A stretch of 64,000 bases of DNA, from positions 22,196,001 through 22,260,000 of the forward strand of contig NC_043017.1 in the NCBI RefSeq assembly GCF_006345805.1, in the 5' to 3' direction. Below, piece by piece: positions 40,275 to 53,145 of the stretch (its first letter is position 1; each line of letters starts with the position of its first letter). The translations under genes and the position numbers were made by a program. The stretch is from Octopus sinensis (taxonomy: Eukaryota). The notes beneath the pieces are model-generated. The model worked only from the letters and a program-made list of their open reading frames with translations, was not told where the DNA came from and made no database searches.

Positions 40275-40766
40275 TATATATTATTATTATCATTATTATT
40301 ATTATTATTATTATTAATATTTCATTTAGGTATAGTGATACAAATTACCTGGTGTTAGAACCCAATATACATATGCTTCAGACCAGAGTGTCAGTCGAGT
40401 AGAGAGCAGTAATAAGGAATAAATTATATCATGAACTTCATTAGCCTATGGTTGTTTCTGCTATAAGATGCAATTCACTCGTAGTTAAATGCTTGTCCAT
40501 CATTCTAGAGCTTCATCAGAGCTTCAAACATTAAGTGCAATTTACATATATATATATTCTTTTACTTGGTTGTGTCATTTGACTGTGGCCATGCTAGAGC
40601 ACTGCCTTGATGGGTTTCAGTTGCACAACCCAATCCCAGGACTTACTTTATTTTATCGATCTTTTTGCTGAACTGCTAAGGTATGGGGATGTAAACACAC
40701 CAACACTGGTTTTCAAGTCATGCTGGGGAGGCGTGCAGACATAAAGGCACACACACATAGATACAT

Positions 40767-40797
<31 letters not shown>

Positions 40798-40936
40798 ATG
40801 GGCTTCTTTCAGTTTCCATCTGCCAAATCCACTCACAAGCCTTTGGTCAGCCCAGGGCTATAGTAGAAAACACTTGCACAACTTGCCACACAGTGGAACT
40901 GAACTTGGTACCATGCAGTTGTGAAGCAAGCTTCTT

Positions 40937-41147
40937 ATTTCTTTATTGACCACAAGGGGCTAAACATAGAGGGGACAAAGGGATTAAGTCGATTACATCG
41001 ACCCTAGTGTGTAACTGGTACTTAATTTATAGACTCCAAAAAGATGAAAGGCAAAGTCAACCTCTGCAGAATTTGAACTCAGAACGTAACGGCAGACGAA
41101 ATACCGCTAAGCATTTCGTCCAGCGTGCTAACGTTTCTGCCAGCTCT
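40937..41147 (-). mobile_element. SINE family B nested in a family A copy (40556-41184)
   Basis: 15-bp TSD tgaagcaagcttctt at 40922-40936 / 41148-41162. Confidence 0.85.
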
Positions 41148-41186
41148 TGAAGCAAGCTTCTTGCCACACAGCCACGTCTGCACCTA

Positions 41187-41562
41187 TACTCTTTTTTATT
41201 CTTTTACTTGTTTCAGTCATTTGACTGCGGCCATGCTGGAGCACTGCCTTTAGTCGAGCAATTCGACCCCGGGACTTATTCTTTGTAAGCCCAGTACTTA
41301 TTCTATCAGTCTCTTTTGCCGAACCGCTAAGTGACGGTTGTCCAGCAATGCTACGGGGACAAACACAGACACACAAACACACATATATATATATATATAC
41401 GACAGGCTTCTTTCAGTTTCCGTCTACCAAATTCACTCACAAGACATTGGTCAGCCCGGGGCTATAGCAGAAGACACTTGCCCAAGATGCCACGCAGTGG
41501 GACTGAACCCAGAACCATGTGGTTGGTTAGCAAGCTACTTACCACACAGCCACTCCCGCGCC
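41187..41562 (-). mobile_element. SINE family A
   Basis: Reverse complement of 11130-11547. Confidence 0.9.
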
Positions 41563-42009
41563 TATATGTATACATATATAAATATACATTGAATGAAGAA
41601 CAATTTACATGAGAATGCAGCTTTACGTACATAATTGTGAAAAGGAAACGGCTTGAAATTAAAAAAAAAATTTATTCACAGAATTCCAAAGAAAAACAAT
41701 GTTATTTCATTTAAGAGCCCCATGAGGTTTGTCGATAATTCAGGGTTCTTTCCAATGATAACAATGATTGATTCTGTGTAACACCTACCCAAGTTCTCCC
41801 CACACTCCACATGACACTACAGAACTTCTTTTCAATTTGTATCTAACAATTAGTAAATCTCAAAGTCTGTGCTGAGATAATAATAATAATGAAGGAAATT
41901 CTCTGTGAGGAAAATGTCATTTGAAATACTGACACATCTTTAGAATATATTCAAACAAATACATATAATGTCATTACATACGTATAAATATCTATCTACA
42001 TAAATAAAT

Positions 42010-42018
42010 ATGTACATA

Positions 42019-42081
<63 letters not shown>

Positions 42082-42191
42082 CTACATGTATATTCCTATA
42101 TATACACACACATATATCTGCATGTATATACATATATATATATATTATATATACACACACACACATACACATGTACATGTATATACATACG

Positions 42192-42231
<40 letters not shown>

Positions 42232-42325
42232 ACACATGTACATGTATATACATACGTATATATATATATATATATATATATATTACACACACACACACAT
42301 ACACATGTACATGTATATACATACG

Positions 42326-42361
<36 letters not shown>

Positions 42362-42392
42362 TACACATGTACATGTATATACATACGTATAG

Positions 42393-42426
<34 letters not shown>

Positions 42427-42963
42427 TACACATGTACATGTATTATCATACTATATATATATTATATATATATATATACACACACACATACACATGTACA
42501 TGTATATACATACGTATATATTATATATATATAATATATACAACACACACCTACACATGTACATGTAATACATACGTATTATATAATATATATATATACA
42601 CACACATACACATGTACATGTATATAAATACGTATATATATATATATATATATATATAACACACCACACAATGTACTGTATATCATACGTATATATTATA
42701 TATATATATATATACACACACACACATACACATGTACATGTATATTACATACGTATATATATATCTATATATATATACACACACACACACATACACATGT
42801 AAGTATATACAGACTATATATATATATATTATATATCTACACACACACACATACACATGAATGTATATACATACGTATATAGATATATATATATATATAT
42901 ATATGTTATAATATATATATAATATATATATGTATATATATATATATTATATATATATTTATG

Positions 42964-42995
<32 letters not shown>

Positions 42996-42996
42996 G

Positions 42997-43027
<31 letters not shown>

Positions 43028-43030
43028 GTA

Positions 43031-43062
<32 letters not shown>

Positions 43063-43085
43063 GTATATATATATATATGTATATG

Positions 43086-43172
<87 letters not shown>

Positions 43173-43227
43173 GTATATATGTATATATGTCTATATGTAT
43201 ATATATATTATGTATATATGTATATAT

Positions 43228-43262
<35 letters not shown>

Positions 43263-43404
43263 ATATATAATATGTATGTATATATATATTGTATATATAT
43301 ATATGTATATATATATATGTATATATAGATATATGTAATATATATATATGTATTATATATATGTATATATATATATGTATATATATAGATATATATATAG
43401 TATA

Positions 43405-43438
<34 letters not shown>

Positions 43439-43445
43439 GTATATC

Positions 43446-43516
<71 letters not shown>

Positions 43517-43533
43517 TGTATAATATATATACA

Positions 43534-43564
<31 letters not shown>

Positions 43565-43810
43565 TATATATATAACTACATGTATATACATATATATATT
43601 TACATGTATATAACATATATATACATACATATAAATATATACACATATATATGTGTGTGTTTGTATGTATGTATAAATGTATATGTATAAATATGTACAT
43701 GAATACCAAATATAAATACGTGTGTGTGTGTGTGTGTGTGAGTGTATGCTTGCATGCATGCGTGTGCTCATATAATGCCATTAGTCATACATATGAATAT
43801 ACATATATGT
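42010..43810. repeat. TA/CA compound microsatellite-minisatellite block
   Basis: Recurrent ACACATGTACATGTATATACATACG unit followed by long (TA)n. Confidence 0.95.
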
Positions 43811-44242
43811 ATGATAATGTCTTTAACTTACAGAATTCAGATAAATAAAAATGTCTGTTGAGGAAACGTGAAATTTTTTAAAAAAATTTCTCATGTCTCC
43901 TAATTTCTAAATTATTGTCTCTTGAGTTTAATCGAAAAAAATTCAAATAAAAATGTCACAAACAGAAACATATCCATCTTACTCATTTTCTTAAATTTAT
44001 TGCCTTTTAAATTTATTTTATCCTGAGTTTGATTGGCTTTGTTTGAAAATTCAAAGAATTATAGGTTTCTTATGATTTACGTATGAGCTGACACAGGAGA
44101 AAGTAAACATGGGTTTTGCAGGACTTCCCAAACTGGTAAGATCAATGCAGTTTGATTTGCTAATAGAGAGACAGTAAAGGAACTTGATTAGTTGAAGGGC
44201 CAGGTTGTTGGTTAGTTGGTTGGTTACTTGTTGGTTGTTAAA

Positions 44243-44473
44243 GGCGGCGAGCTGGCAGAATCGTTAGCACGCCGGGCGAGATGTTTAGCGGTATTTCGTC
44301 TGTCGCTACGTTCTGAGTTCAAATTCCGCCGAGGTCGACTTTGCCTTTCATCATTTCGGGGTCGATAAATTAAGTACCAGTTACGCACTGGGGTCGATGT
44401 AATCGACTTAATCCGTTTGTCTGTCCTTGTTTGTCCTCTCTGTGTTTAGCCCCTTGTGGGTAGTAAAGAAATA
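44243..44473 (+). mobile_element. SINE family B, full length, CpG-intact
   Basis: GGCGGCGAGCTGGCAGAATCG..GAGTTCAAATTCCGCC head, GCCTTTCATC..GGGGTCGATAAA body; TSD ggttgttaaa at 44233-44242 / 44474-44483. Confidence 0.9.
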
Positions 44474-44509
44474 GGTTGTTAAATGCCACTGACTAACTAA
44501 TTTTTCTTA

Positions 44510-45022
44510 CTGAAAATCCTCGAGTATAGTCCACCCTTGAGTTTAATACGCAGGGGATTCTTAGTGGGCTGTACTTCTGAAAAACCTAAACTTTGTGTAT
44601 AATACACACCCCTTCTCTAACTTGAGTCAAGGAGGTCTATATAACGTCCTTGGTTTGTAAAAATGTATACGGTAACATCCTTTATTACTATTGTATATAT
44701 AACATAATGCAAATGTGTAGCTTTTTTGTGCATTTTGTTTTCAGAAAATAAAGAAATAACAGCAATAACATTTAATAAATGTTGTTTACTGCAAGTTATG
44801 GATGATTCTTTTATGACTTCATTGCTTTCAGGCTTAGCTGAAGGTATTTTTGCACCCGAAATCACAAAATGCGTCTGAATAAACATAGCCGGACAGCAAA
44901 TAGACACTCGGACATTGCTTAGAAAATAATTTTCATTATTAACCTCGTATATAATATGCACTAGGGATTTTGACCTTTACATTTGGGGAAAAAAAATGTG
45001 GATTATACTCGAGGATTTACGG
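44510..45022. mobile_element. pogo/Tc1-mariner-type MITE
   Basis: TA flanks; TIRs CTGAAAATCCTCGAGTATAGTCCAC / GTGGATTATACTCGAGGATTTACGG. Confidence 0.75.
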
Positions 45023-45288
45023 TATTTTCTGCTTTCATCTCCAGTGTAGTTATTGGAAAATAATCATACAACACTTTTTACAACTTACACATGGCACATG
45101 ATGATGGCACATGGTCAGGTGGTTTAGGTGTTGTACTCATGATCACAAGATAGTGGTTTCAATTCTTAGACCAGGTGGTGCATTGTGTTCTTGAGTAAAA
45201 CACTTTATCTCACATTGCTTTGTGACAACTTCAACACTTGCTATGTGGCACACCATGCACTTGTTCAGGCAACATCATTTTGACAGAG

Positions 45289-45323
45289 TTAGGGTTAGGG
45301 TTAGGGTTAGAGTTAGGGTTAGG
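45289..45323 (+). repeat. Interstitial telomeric (TTAGGG)n
   Basis: TTAGGG x3, TTAGAG, TTAGGG, TTAGG. Confidence 0.85.
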
Positions 45324-45455
45324 TACAGCACATATATTTGATTGCTTTAAAACAAATCCTTTGAGTAGATTGTTCAGTCAGAAATTGCAGAACTAATTTT
45401 CTTGGAGTACAAGCAACTACTCTCATATGATGAGAAACTTAAGGAATAATATCAT

Positions 45456-45840
45456 TATAAAATTATCAACCATCTTACAAAAAATAACTCTGAGCACCTT
45501 TTTAAACTCCACCCGTCTAACACCCATGGACATATTTACAAAGTCAGAAAACAGCACAGCTCCCATGACTTTAGGAAACATTTTTTCATGCTGAGAGTTG
45601 CTGAAGCATGGAACAAACTGCCGGCATCAGTTGTTAGTTGTTGGAGCACTGCATCCTTCGAAACTTCCATGCTTTCTGAGATTCGCCAACACTACACCTG
45701 ATTTTCTCTCCTCCATACACACACAAGCATGTATCTGACTCATATATTGTTTGCTTTCCAGACATTAGTACATTACTGCATATACCTTATACACACTTTC
45801 TGACAAGTTGTGGTGCACCTGAGCACTGTATACAATAATT

Positions 45841-45885
<45 letters not shown>
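45456..45885 (+). mobile_element. CR1 LINE 3' end
   Basis: Frame 45456-45701 reads YKIINH..NTHGHIYKVRKQHSSHDFRKHFFMLRVAEAWNKLPASVV (CR1 ORF2 C-terminus), followed by 3' UTR and (ATT)n tail. Confidence 0.9.
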
Positions 45886-45886
<1 letters not shown>

Positions 45887-46248
45887 GGGAGAATCCTGAG
45901 CACCCCCATGTGACTGAAGGTGGACTAAACGATTACAATAGCTAAGAACTGAGTGAACCTTCAACGAGGGTAGTTGACAGTGTTAATTCAACCATGTTTG
46001 TTTACCATGTTAGTTCAACATGTGTTGGTTTAACAGTTGGTAGTTGAACAGTGAATACTGAGTATCGTACCTACATTCAAGTAATACAGAGTGCATTCTG
46101 TCTTAACATACATTACTGCAATAGGTTATTTCTAGATAACCACAATCAACTATTTATTTTGTACAATGCCATTTTATGCCAGACATGTATACCTGCATCA
46201 TAACAGTTATGATGCCATTTTATATTGCGGTTGATGTCTGCTCATCGT

Positions 46249-46638
46249 ATTCTTTTATTTGTTTCAGCCATTTGACTGTGGCCATAATGGAGCATCACTT
46301 TAGTCGAGCAAATCGACCCCAGGACTTATTCTTTGTAAGCCTAGTACTTATTCTATCAGTCTCTCTTGCCAAACCACTAATTGACGAGGACGTAAACACA
46401 CCAGCATTGGTTGTCAAGTGATGTTGTGGAGACAAACACAGACACACAAACACAAACACACACACAACATATATATGAAGGGCTTCTTTCAGTTTCCGTC
46501 TATCAAATCCTCTCTCAAGGCTTTGGTCGACCTGAGACTATAGTAGAAGACGTTTGCCCAAGGTATCACACAGTGGGATTGAACCCGGAACCATGTGGTT
46601 GGTAAGCAAGCTACTTACCACACAGCCACTCCTGCACC
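46249..46638 (-). mobile_element. SINE family A
   Basis: Reverse complement of 11130-11547. Confidence 0.85.
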
Positions 46639-46864
46639 TATTGTTTACAAGTGTTTTTGAATTTCTGCCTAACATTGTCTTACTTTCTCAGTTCACTAAA
46701 ATTTTGTCAATAAGCTTTACTGAGATCTATTTCTCACTTTTTTTTTTATTATTTGTCTTCTACCTGGAAGAAATTTATTATAGAGAGACCTGGAGGGAGA
46801 GGAAGGAGCTCCATAAGATTTAAAACACTCACGACACCCCAGATGTCATAACAACTCAATACCT

Positions 46865-47335
46865 ATTTCTTTATTACCCACAAGGGGGCTAAACATAGAG
46901 GGGACAAACTAGGACTGACATAGGTATTAAGTCGATTACATCGACCCCAGTGCGTGACTGGTACTTAATTCATCGACCCCGAAAGGATGAAAGGTACAGT
47001 CGACCTCGGCAGAATTTGAACTCAGAACGTAACGGCAGACGAAATACCGCTAAGCATTTCACCCTACGTGCTAACATTTCTGCCAGCTCACCACCCTAAT
47101 ACCTATTTCTTTATTACCCACAAGGGGCTAAACACAGAGAGGACAAACAAGGACAGATATAGGTATTAAGTCGATTACATCGAACCAGTGCATAACTGGT
47201 ACTTAATTCATCAACCCCGAAAGGATGAAAGGTAAAGTCGACCTCAGCGGAATTTGAACTCAGAACGTAACGGTGGATGAAATACCGCTAAGCATTTCGC
47301 CCCACGTGCTAACGTTTCTGCCGGCTTGCCGCCCT
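46865..47335 (-). mobile_element. Two tandem SINE family B copies
   Basis: Copies at 46865-47097 and 47105-47335, flanked and separated by aatacct. Confidence 0.9.
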
Positions 47336-47979
47336 AATACCTCTACATGGAAATGAGAGCCCATGGAAAGGAGGGGGAAGAGGGTGGCAGGGAGGGTGGA
47401 AGTAAAGAAGGAAAGAAGGAAGTAAAAAAATTTCCTGAATCAAACAGATTTATAATGTCTTGCTCAAAGAGAATGTGCACAACTGAGAAAAGATTTGAAC
47501 TTAACATACTACCATCCATTCCTTAAAGCTTTCTTTGACTGACCACATTGTCAATCTTTTACTGGCTGACTGTAAATCTCCCTTCAATCACTAAAATTTT
47601 ATTTTACTTTCATGTCCCAAACAAATTGATTTTTTTTAATGCCTGATTCTAAGACACAGTTTCACATTTTACACATGCTCACGTTGCTTTGTGTTTCTTT
47701 TTTAAGGTTTTTTTTTTGTTTGTTTGCTTGTTATTTACATCAAGCAATTTTTAGAGCCAGTGATAAATCTAACACTCCCATAATCTACGCACAAGTAATC
47801 ATTTTAAATCAGTTATTTTTCAGTATGGGTATCTTTAACTGATGATTACAGTATTGTTGCACAGCTGGTAGGAGAGAATGGTTTGAAAAGAATATGTTAG
47901 AAAGTGAATAAAAACACTCAGTGACAACAACAAAAGAATAAATAACGGACTACTATTAACACCAACACCAAAACAATGC

Positions 47980-48344
47980 CAGGAGTGGCTGTGTGGTAAG
48001 TAGCTTGCTAACCAACCACATGGTTCCGGGTTCAGTCCCACTGCGTGGCATCTTGGGCAAGTGTCTTCTGCTATAGCCCCGGGCCGACCAATGCCTTGTG
48101 AGTGGATTTGGTAGACGGAAACTGAAAGAAGCCTGTCGTATATATGTATATATATATGTGTGTGTATATATGTTTGTGTGTCTGGTGTGTTTACGTTCCC
48201 TTACTTAGCGGTTCGGCAAAACAGACCGATAGAATAAGTACTGGGCTTACAAAGAATAAGTCCCGGGGTCGATTTGCTCAACTAAAGGCGATGCTCCAGC
48301 ATGGCCGCAGTCAAATGACTGAAACAAGTAAAAGAGTAAAAGAG
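47980..48344 (+). mobile_element. SINE family A
   Basis: Homologous to 11130-11547. Confidence 0.9.
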
Positions 48345-48792
48345 TATACTAAGCAAAACGTTCTGTTGTTGCTGTCATTTCTGTCCACTATGATATTTTA
48401 AGTTCTGATGTACCCTGTTTTCCATGGTTGCATGGGTCAGATGGTTTGACAGGAGCTGGCAAGACTGGAGAGCTGCACCACCATCCAATTGCCTGTTTTA
48501 GCATGGTTTTTACCATTGGATGCTCTTCCTAACACCATCCACTACACAGTGTGTACTGGGTGCTTTTTAAGTGGCCCCAGCATGGGTGCTTTATACATGG
48601 CACCAGCCTGTATAAATTTCTATTGCATGATATAATGTGTCTCTACCCCTGTAGGTATATATATGCAACATATACGTATATAGGTATATATAAGCAAAGG
48701 GTCCCTAATTAACAACAGGCTGGAGGTTGTCAATCAATATATTATTTCACTATGTATATATATATATGTATGTCTGCATGCATGTATGTAGT

Positions 48793-49022
48793 AGGCGGCG
48801 AGCTGGCAGAAACATTAGCACACCGGGCGAAATGCTTAGCGGTATTGTGTCTGTCATTGCGTTCTGAGTTCAAATTCCACCAAGGTCGACTTTGCCTTTC
48901 ATCCTTTCGGGATCGATAAATTAAGTACCAGTTACGCACTGGGGTCGATGTAATCGACTTAATCCATTTGTCTGTCCTTGTTTGTCCCCTCTATGTTTAG
49001 CCCCTTGTGGGCAATAAAGAAA
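48793..49022 (+). mobile_element. SINE family B
   Basis: Homologous to 44243-44473. Confidence 0.9.
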
Positions 49023-49023
49023 C

Positions 49024-49058
<35 letters not shown>

Positions 49059-49749
49059 TATGTGTGTGTATGTATGTATATATGTATATGTGTGTGTATA
49101 TATATATATGCATATGGCTGGTATATTTGCAGACAATTCACTTGCACTGTATAAATGTCAAAATTAGTATCCACTTCTTTGCAAAGCATAGTTCCAATCT
49201 ATGAACCTCTGAATTATGGACCCCGCATGCTTCCACTCTGCCACTCTGCTCACCAAGTGATTAAGCAAGAATATAATGTATTATTTCTTTTATTGTCTGT
49301 TCTGGGTTACATTACTTCTAATAAATCATCCAACATTGCTATTTATTAATTAATTAATTAGTTTCTATGCATTGGCCTACACAATACACTCAGCAACACT
49401 GAGATCTTAATTTATTTACCGATTTTCTGAGAGTCACATTTGACAAACCACATGCATAGATCTATACACCACAAGTTTTTCTGTCTCTTCATTTACCATT
49501 TCCAGATCAGCTACAAATAAATCAATTCCAGAGATGTTTTCCCAATGCAGCACAGCAATAGTACCAGTCTTAATACTAATTTACAAATCATTATCCTCAT
49601 CAGCATCATCAGTTAACATCCATTTTCAATGCTGGCATGGGTTGGACAGTTTGACAGAAGCTGGCAAGGCCAGGTGGTGCACCAGGTTCAATAGTCTGTT
49701 TTGGCTGGATGCCCTTCTTAATGTCAACCACTTTACAAAGTGTACTGAG

Positions 49750-50805
49750 TACTTTCTATGTGGCACCAGCTCCACTGCTTTTTACATGGCACCATCACTA
49801 CTGCTTTTTATGTGGCACCATCACATGTGCTTTTTACATGGCACCAGCACCAGTGTTTTTGACATGGCACCAGTACCAGTGCTTTTTATGTGGCACCATC
49901 ACGTGTCCTTTTTACATGGCACCAGCACCATTGTTTTTGACATGGCACCAGTACCAGTGCTTTTTATGTGGCACCATCACGTGTCCTTTTTACATGGCAC
50001 CAGCACCAGTGTTTTTGACATGGCACCAGTACCAGTGCTTTTTATGTGGCACCATCACGTGTCCTTTTTACATGGCACCAGCACCATTGTTTTTGACATG
50101 GCACCAGTACCAGTGCTTTTTATGTGGCACCATCACGTGTCCTTTTTACATGGCACCAGCACCAGTGTTTTTGACATGGCACCAGTACCAGTGCTTTTTA
50201 TGTGGCACCATCACGTGTCCTTTTTACATGGCACCAGCACCATTGTTTTTGACATGGCACCAGTACCAGTGCTTTTTATGTGGCACCATCACGTGTCCTT
50301 TTTACATGGCACCAGCACCAAGTGTTTTGACATGGCACCAGTACCAGTGCTTTTTATGTGGCACCATCACGTGTCCTTTTTACATGGCACCAGCACCAGT
50401 GTTTTTGACATGGCACCAGTACCAGTGCTTTTTATGTGGCACCATCACGTGTCCTTTTTACATGGCACCAGCACCATTGTTTTTGACATGGCACCAGTAC
50501 CAGTGTTTTATGTGGCACCATCACGTGTCCTTTTTACATGGCACCAGCACCAGTGTTTTTGACATGGCACCAGTACCAGTGCTTTTATGTGGCACCATCA
50601 CGTGTCCTTTTTACATGGCACCAGCACCAGTGTTTTGGACATGGCACCAGTACAGTGCTTTTTATGTGGCACCATCACGTGTCCTTTTTACATGGCACCA
50701 GCACCATTGTTTTCTACATGGCACCAGCACCAGTGCTTTTTATGTGGCACCATCATATACTTTTTGCATGGCAACCCCACCAGTGCTTTTAATGTCACAT
50801 CAGCA
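49750..50805. repeat. 63-bp minisatellite (3 x 21-bp subunits), roughly 15 units, inside a family D-related element
   Basis: Unit TTTTACATGGCACCAGCACCA(G/T)TGTTTTTGACATGGCACCAGTACCAGTGCTTTTTATGTGGCACCATCACGTGTCC. Confidence 0.95.
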
Positions 50806-50869
50806 TTGATACCATCACTATGTACCTTGCAAGACAAAAGTCCTTCAACTGGGAGGAGAGGAGATTAAA

Positions 50870-51370
50870 CCGGGGTCTGGGAAGCCAGGAGGCTACACCA
50901 GGCTCCAGTCTGACCTGGCAGTGTTTCTACAGCTGGATGCCCTTCCTAACGCCAACCACTCCAAGAGTGTAGTGGGTGCTTGTTTTGTGCCACCAGCACA
51001 GGGGCCAAAGGAGGTTGGCAATGACTATGATCAGTAGGTGCTTCTTACATGCCACCGGCATGGAAGCCAGTCAAGGTGGCGCTGGCATCAGCCTCGTTCA
51101 GGTGGTGCTTTCCATTTGATTTTGATTTTGATGTATTTGGCTCAATAGGTCTCCGCAAGCACAGCATGTCACCCTATGATCCAAGGTACTTTTGAGTGAG
51201 CTGGGGCTGGTTATGCGACACTGGTGTAGGTTACAGCAGTGAACTCACTTTATTTGCCGGTTCTTCACAGTTACAGCATATCTCCAGAAGTCTCGGTCTT
51301 TCATCGTTGCTTATGTGAGGCCCAAAGTTCAAAGGTCATGCTTCACCACCTCATCCCATGTCTTCCTGGC
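50870..51370 (-). mobile_element. RTE LINE 3' fragment: ORF end plus family D UTR
   Basis: Minus strand RKTWDEVVKHDL*TLGL..KDRDFWRYAV runs directly into family D sequence. Confidence 0.8.
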
Positions 51371-52547
51371 TGATAATGCTATATCCAAGTGTACATGGGC
51401 ATGTTAAACATGATTGCACACCGCCATGTGTGTGCATGGGTATTGTATATTAGCAAAAGATATTAGTAAGAAACTGAGAAACTCCAGTGTAAGAAACTCC
51501 GTTTCACCATAAAAAAAATGTAAGGAATCAGAGATCGGTTAGTTGGAAATCTGCAACAACCAATGATGCTTTTGTTCACAATTTGAAACCAAATAAAACC
51601 AATAAATAAATATATATATTGAAAGACCGGGGGTGTTTTAACGACCAGAGCTAAGTCATGGTTATTAAAATGATAATGAAAAAATAAAGAAACTAAAATA
51701 AGTTTCAAGAATTTTTAAACAGAAAAGAAAACTAAAAGAAATGGTAAAAATTAAATAAAAATTTCTACCTGCAGGTTACCTGGAATTTTTCCAGTAATTT
51801 TGTCATGCTGTTTCTGAAGTGTTTTCCTATTTCAAAATTAACGAAAACAGCTTTTGTAAAACCAAATGTTTTTATTTACCACATGTCATGAGCAAATATT
51901 ATTACAGTTCCTGCCATTTTTTGGTTCTTTTTTTTATTATTATTATGTTGCAGTTTTTGGAAGTTTTTTTTAGTATCATGAATAATAGAAAACATTAATA
52001 TTTAAAAAGGAAATGAAGACAACAACAAGAATCACCATTAATAGTATTGTTAAAAATATTTTTAGTGGGGTAAAAAAAAAAATCAATGAAATAAAATGAA
52101 ATTTTAAATTGTTTACTGTTGTTCAGAATGTAATAGCATATTTCAAATTATCCTGATTTTTTTTCCTTCTCTTTTTTTGAACTGTCAACAAATACTATAA
52201 TTAATATTATTAAATGTTGGAGAAATGGTATAGCAATTACTGAAATGCCTTGCAGTGGTTAGTTTTGCCTTTTTACATTACAGGTTCAAATCCCAACGAG
52301 GTCATTCTTATCTTTTAATAGCCCTCTCATCCCTGCCTTCCCCAGTTGATAAAATAAAGAGCACAGTGCCAACTCAAATACTAAAGGCTTCCTCCCACCA
52401 AATTTCAAGCCTTGTGCCCAGAGTAGAAAAGAATAAAATAAAGTACTATAATCAATGTCATAAATTTGCCTGTATCCCTCAAAACTGCTGGCCTTGTGCC
52501 AAAATTAGAAAGAATTATTATTATTATCATTATTAATATTATCATTA

Positions 52548-53107
52548 TTATATGTTTGACTTTTGTTTTACACTTGCACAAGCTGGCTCCAATTCTCACC
52601 CAGAGACCTCAAGAGACAACAAGTTGGAGGTTCATGTTGGTGTTATGCCAAGGGTGCCATATATTTGGTTTTGTACTTAGTGTTGTACTAGTCAATGCCT
52701 AAAAAACAATGCGAAAACTTCAGGGTGTTTCTGTCTCCAGTTTATGTAGGTTTGTATAGTGTTAGATTTATCTATGGGGAAATATATGGCATGGTAGAAG
52801 GCCGTAAGAACTTCCTTAGTATCTTCCCTAGACCATTTTTCATTCTTTTTCTGTTGGCTATTTGGTGACGGGCATGGACAGCTATCTGTTGGAATATTCT
52901 AGTTGTGGAGTACATCCAGCTCCTGTGTGACGGGAAGATTTGAACCAGTGGCTGATTTTTCAGTCAGAATTTGGTTCAATGTTCGGGTTTGTGGTCTATT
53001 GTAAACCGATCGATGACCCTTGCAGTTTGTAATTTGTTTTGTTGACATTGAGGCATGACAAGCTTCGGCTCTTACATTAGGAGTCGGATCTATCAGTTTA
53101 GGGTTAA

Positions 53108-53108
<1 letters not shown>
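52548..53108 (-). mobile_element. Possible R4/Dong-like non-autonomous element in (TAA)n
   Basis: Complex insert bounded by (ATT)n on both sides; 3' GAGGTCTCTGGGTGAGA motif resembles R4/Dong 3' ends (recalled, not searched). Confidence 0.35.

Positions 53109-53145
<37 letters not shown>

Noticed and set aside
49750-50805. CRISPR-like array
   Set aside because: No unique spacers, eukaryotic context and no cas genes
49534-50809. Long ORFs of 342 and 366 aa
   Set aside because: They are translations of the stop-free 63-bp tandem repeat, open in several frames and inside a retroelement UTR
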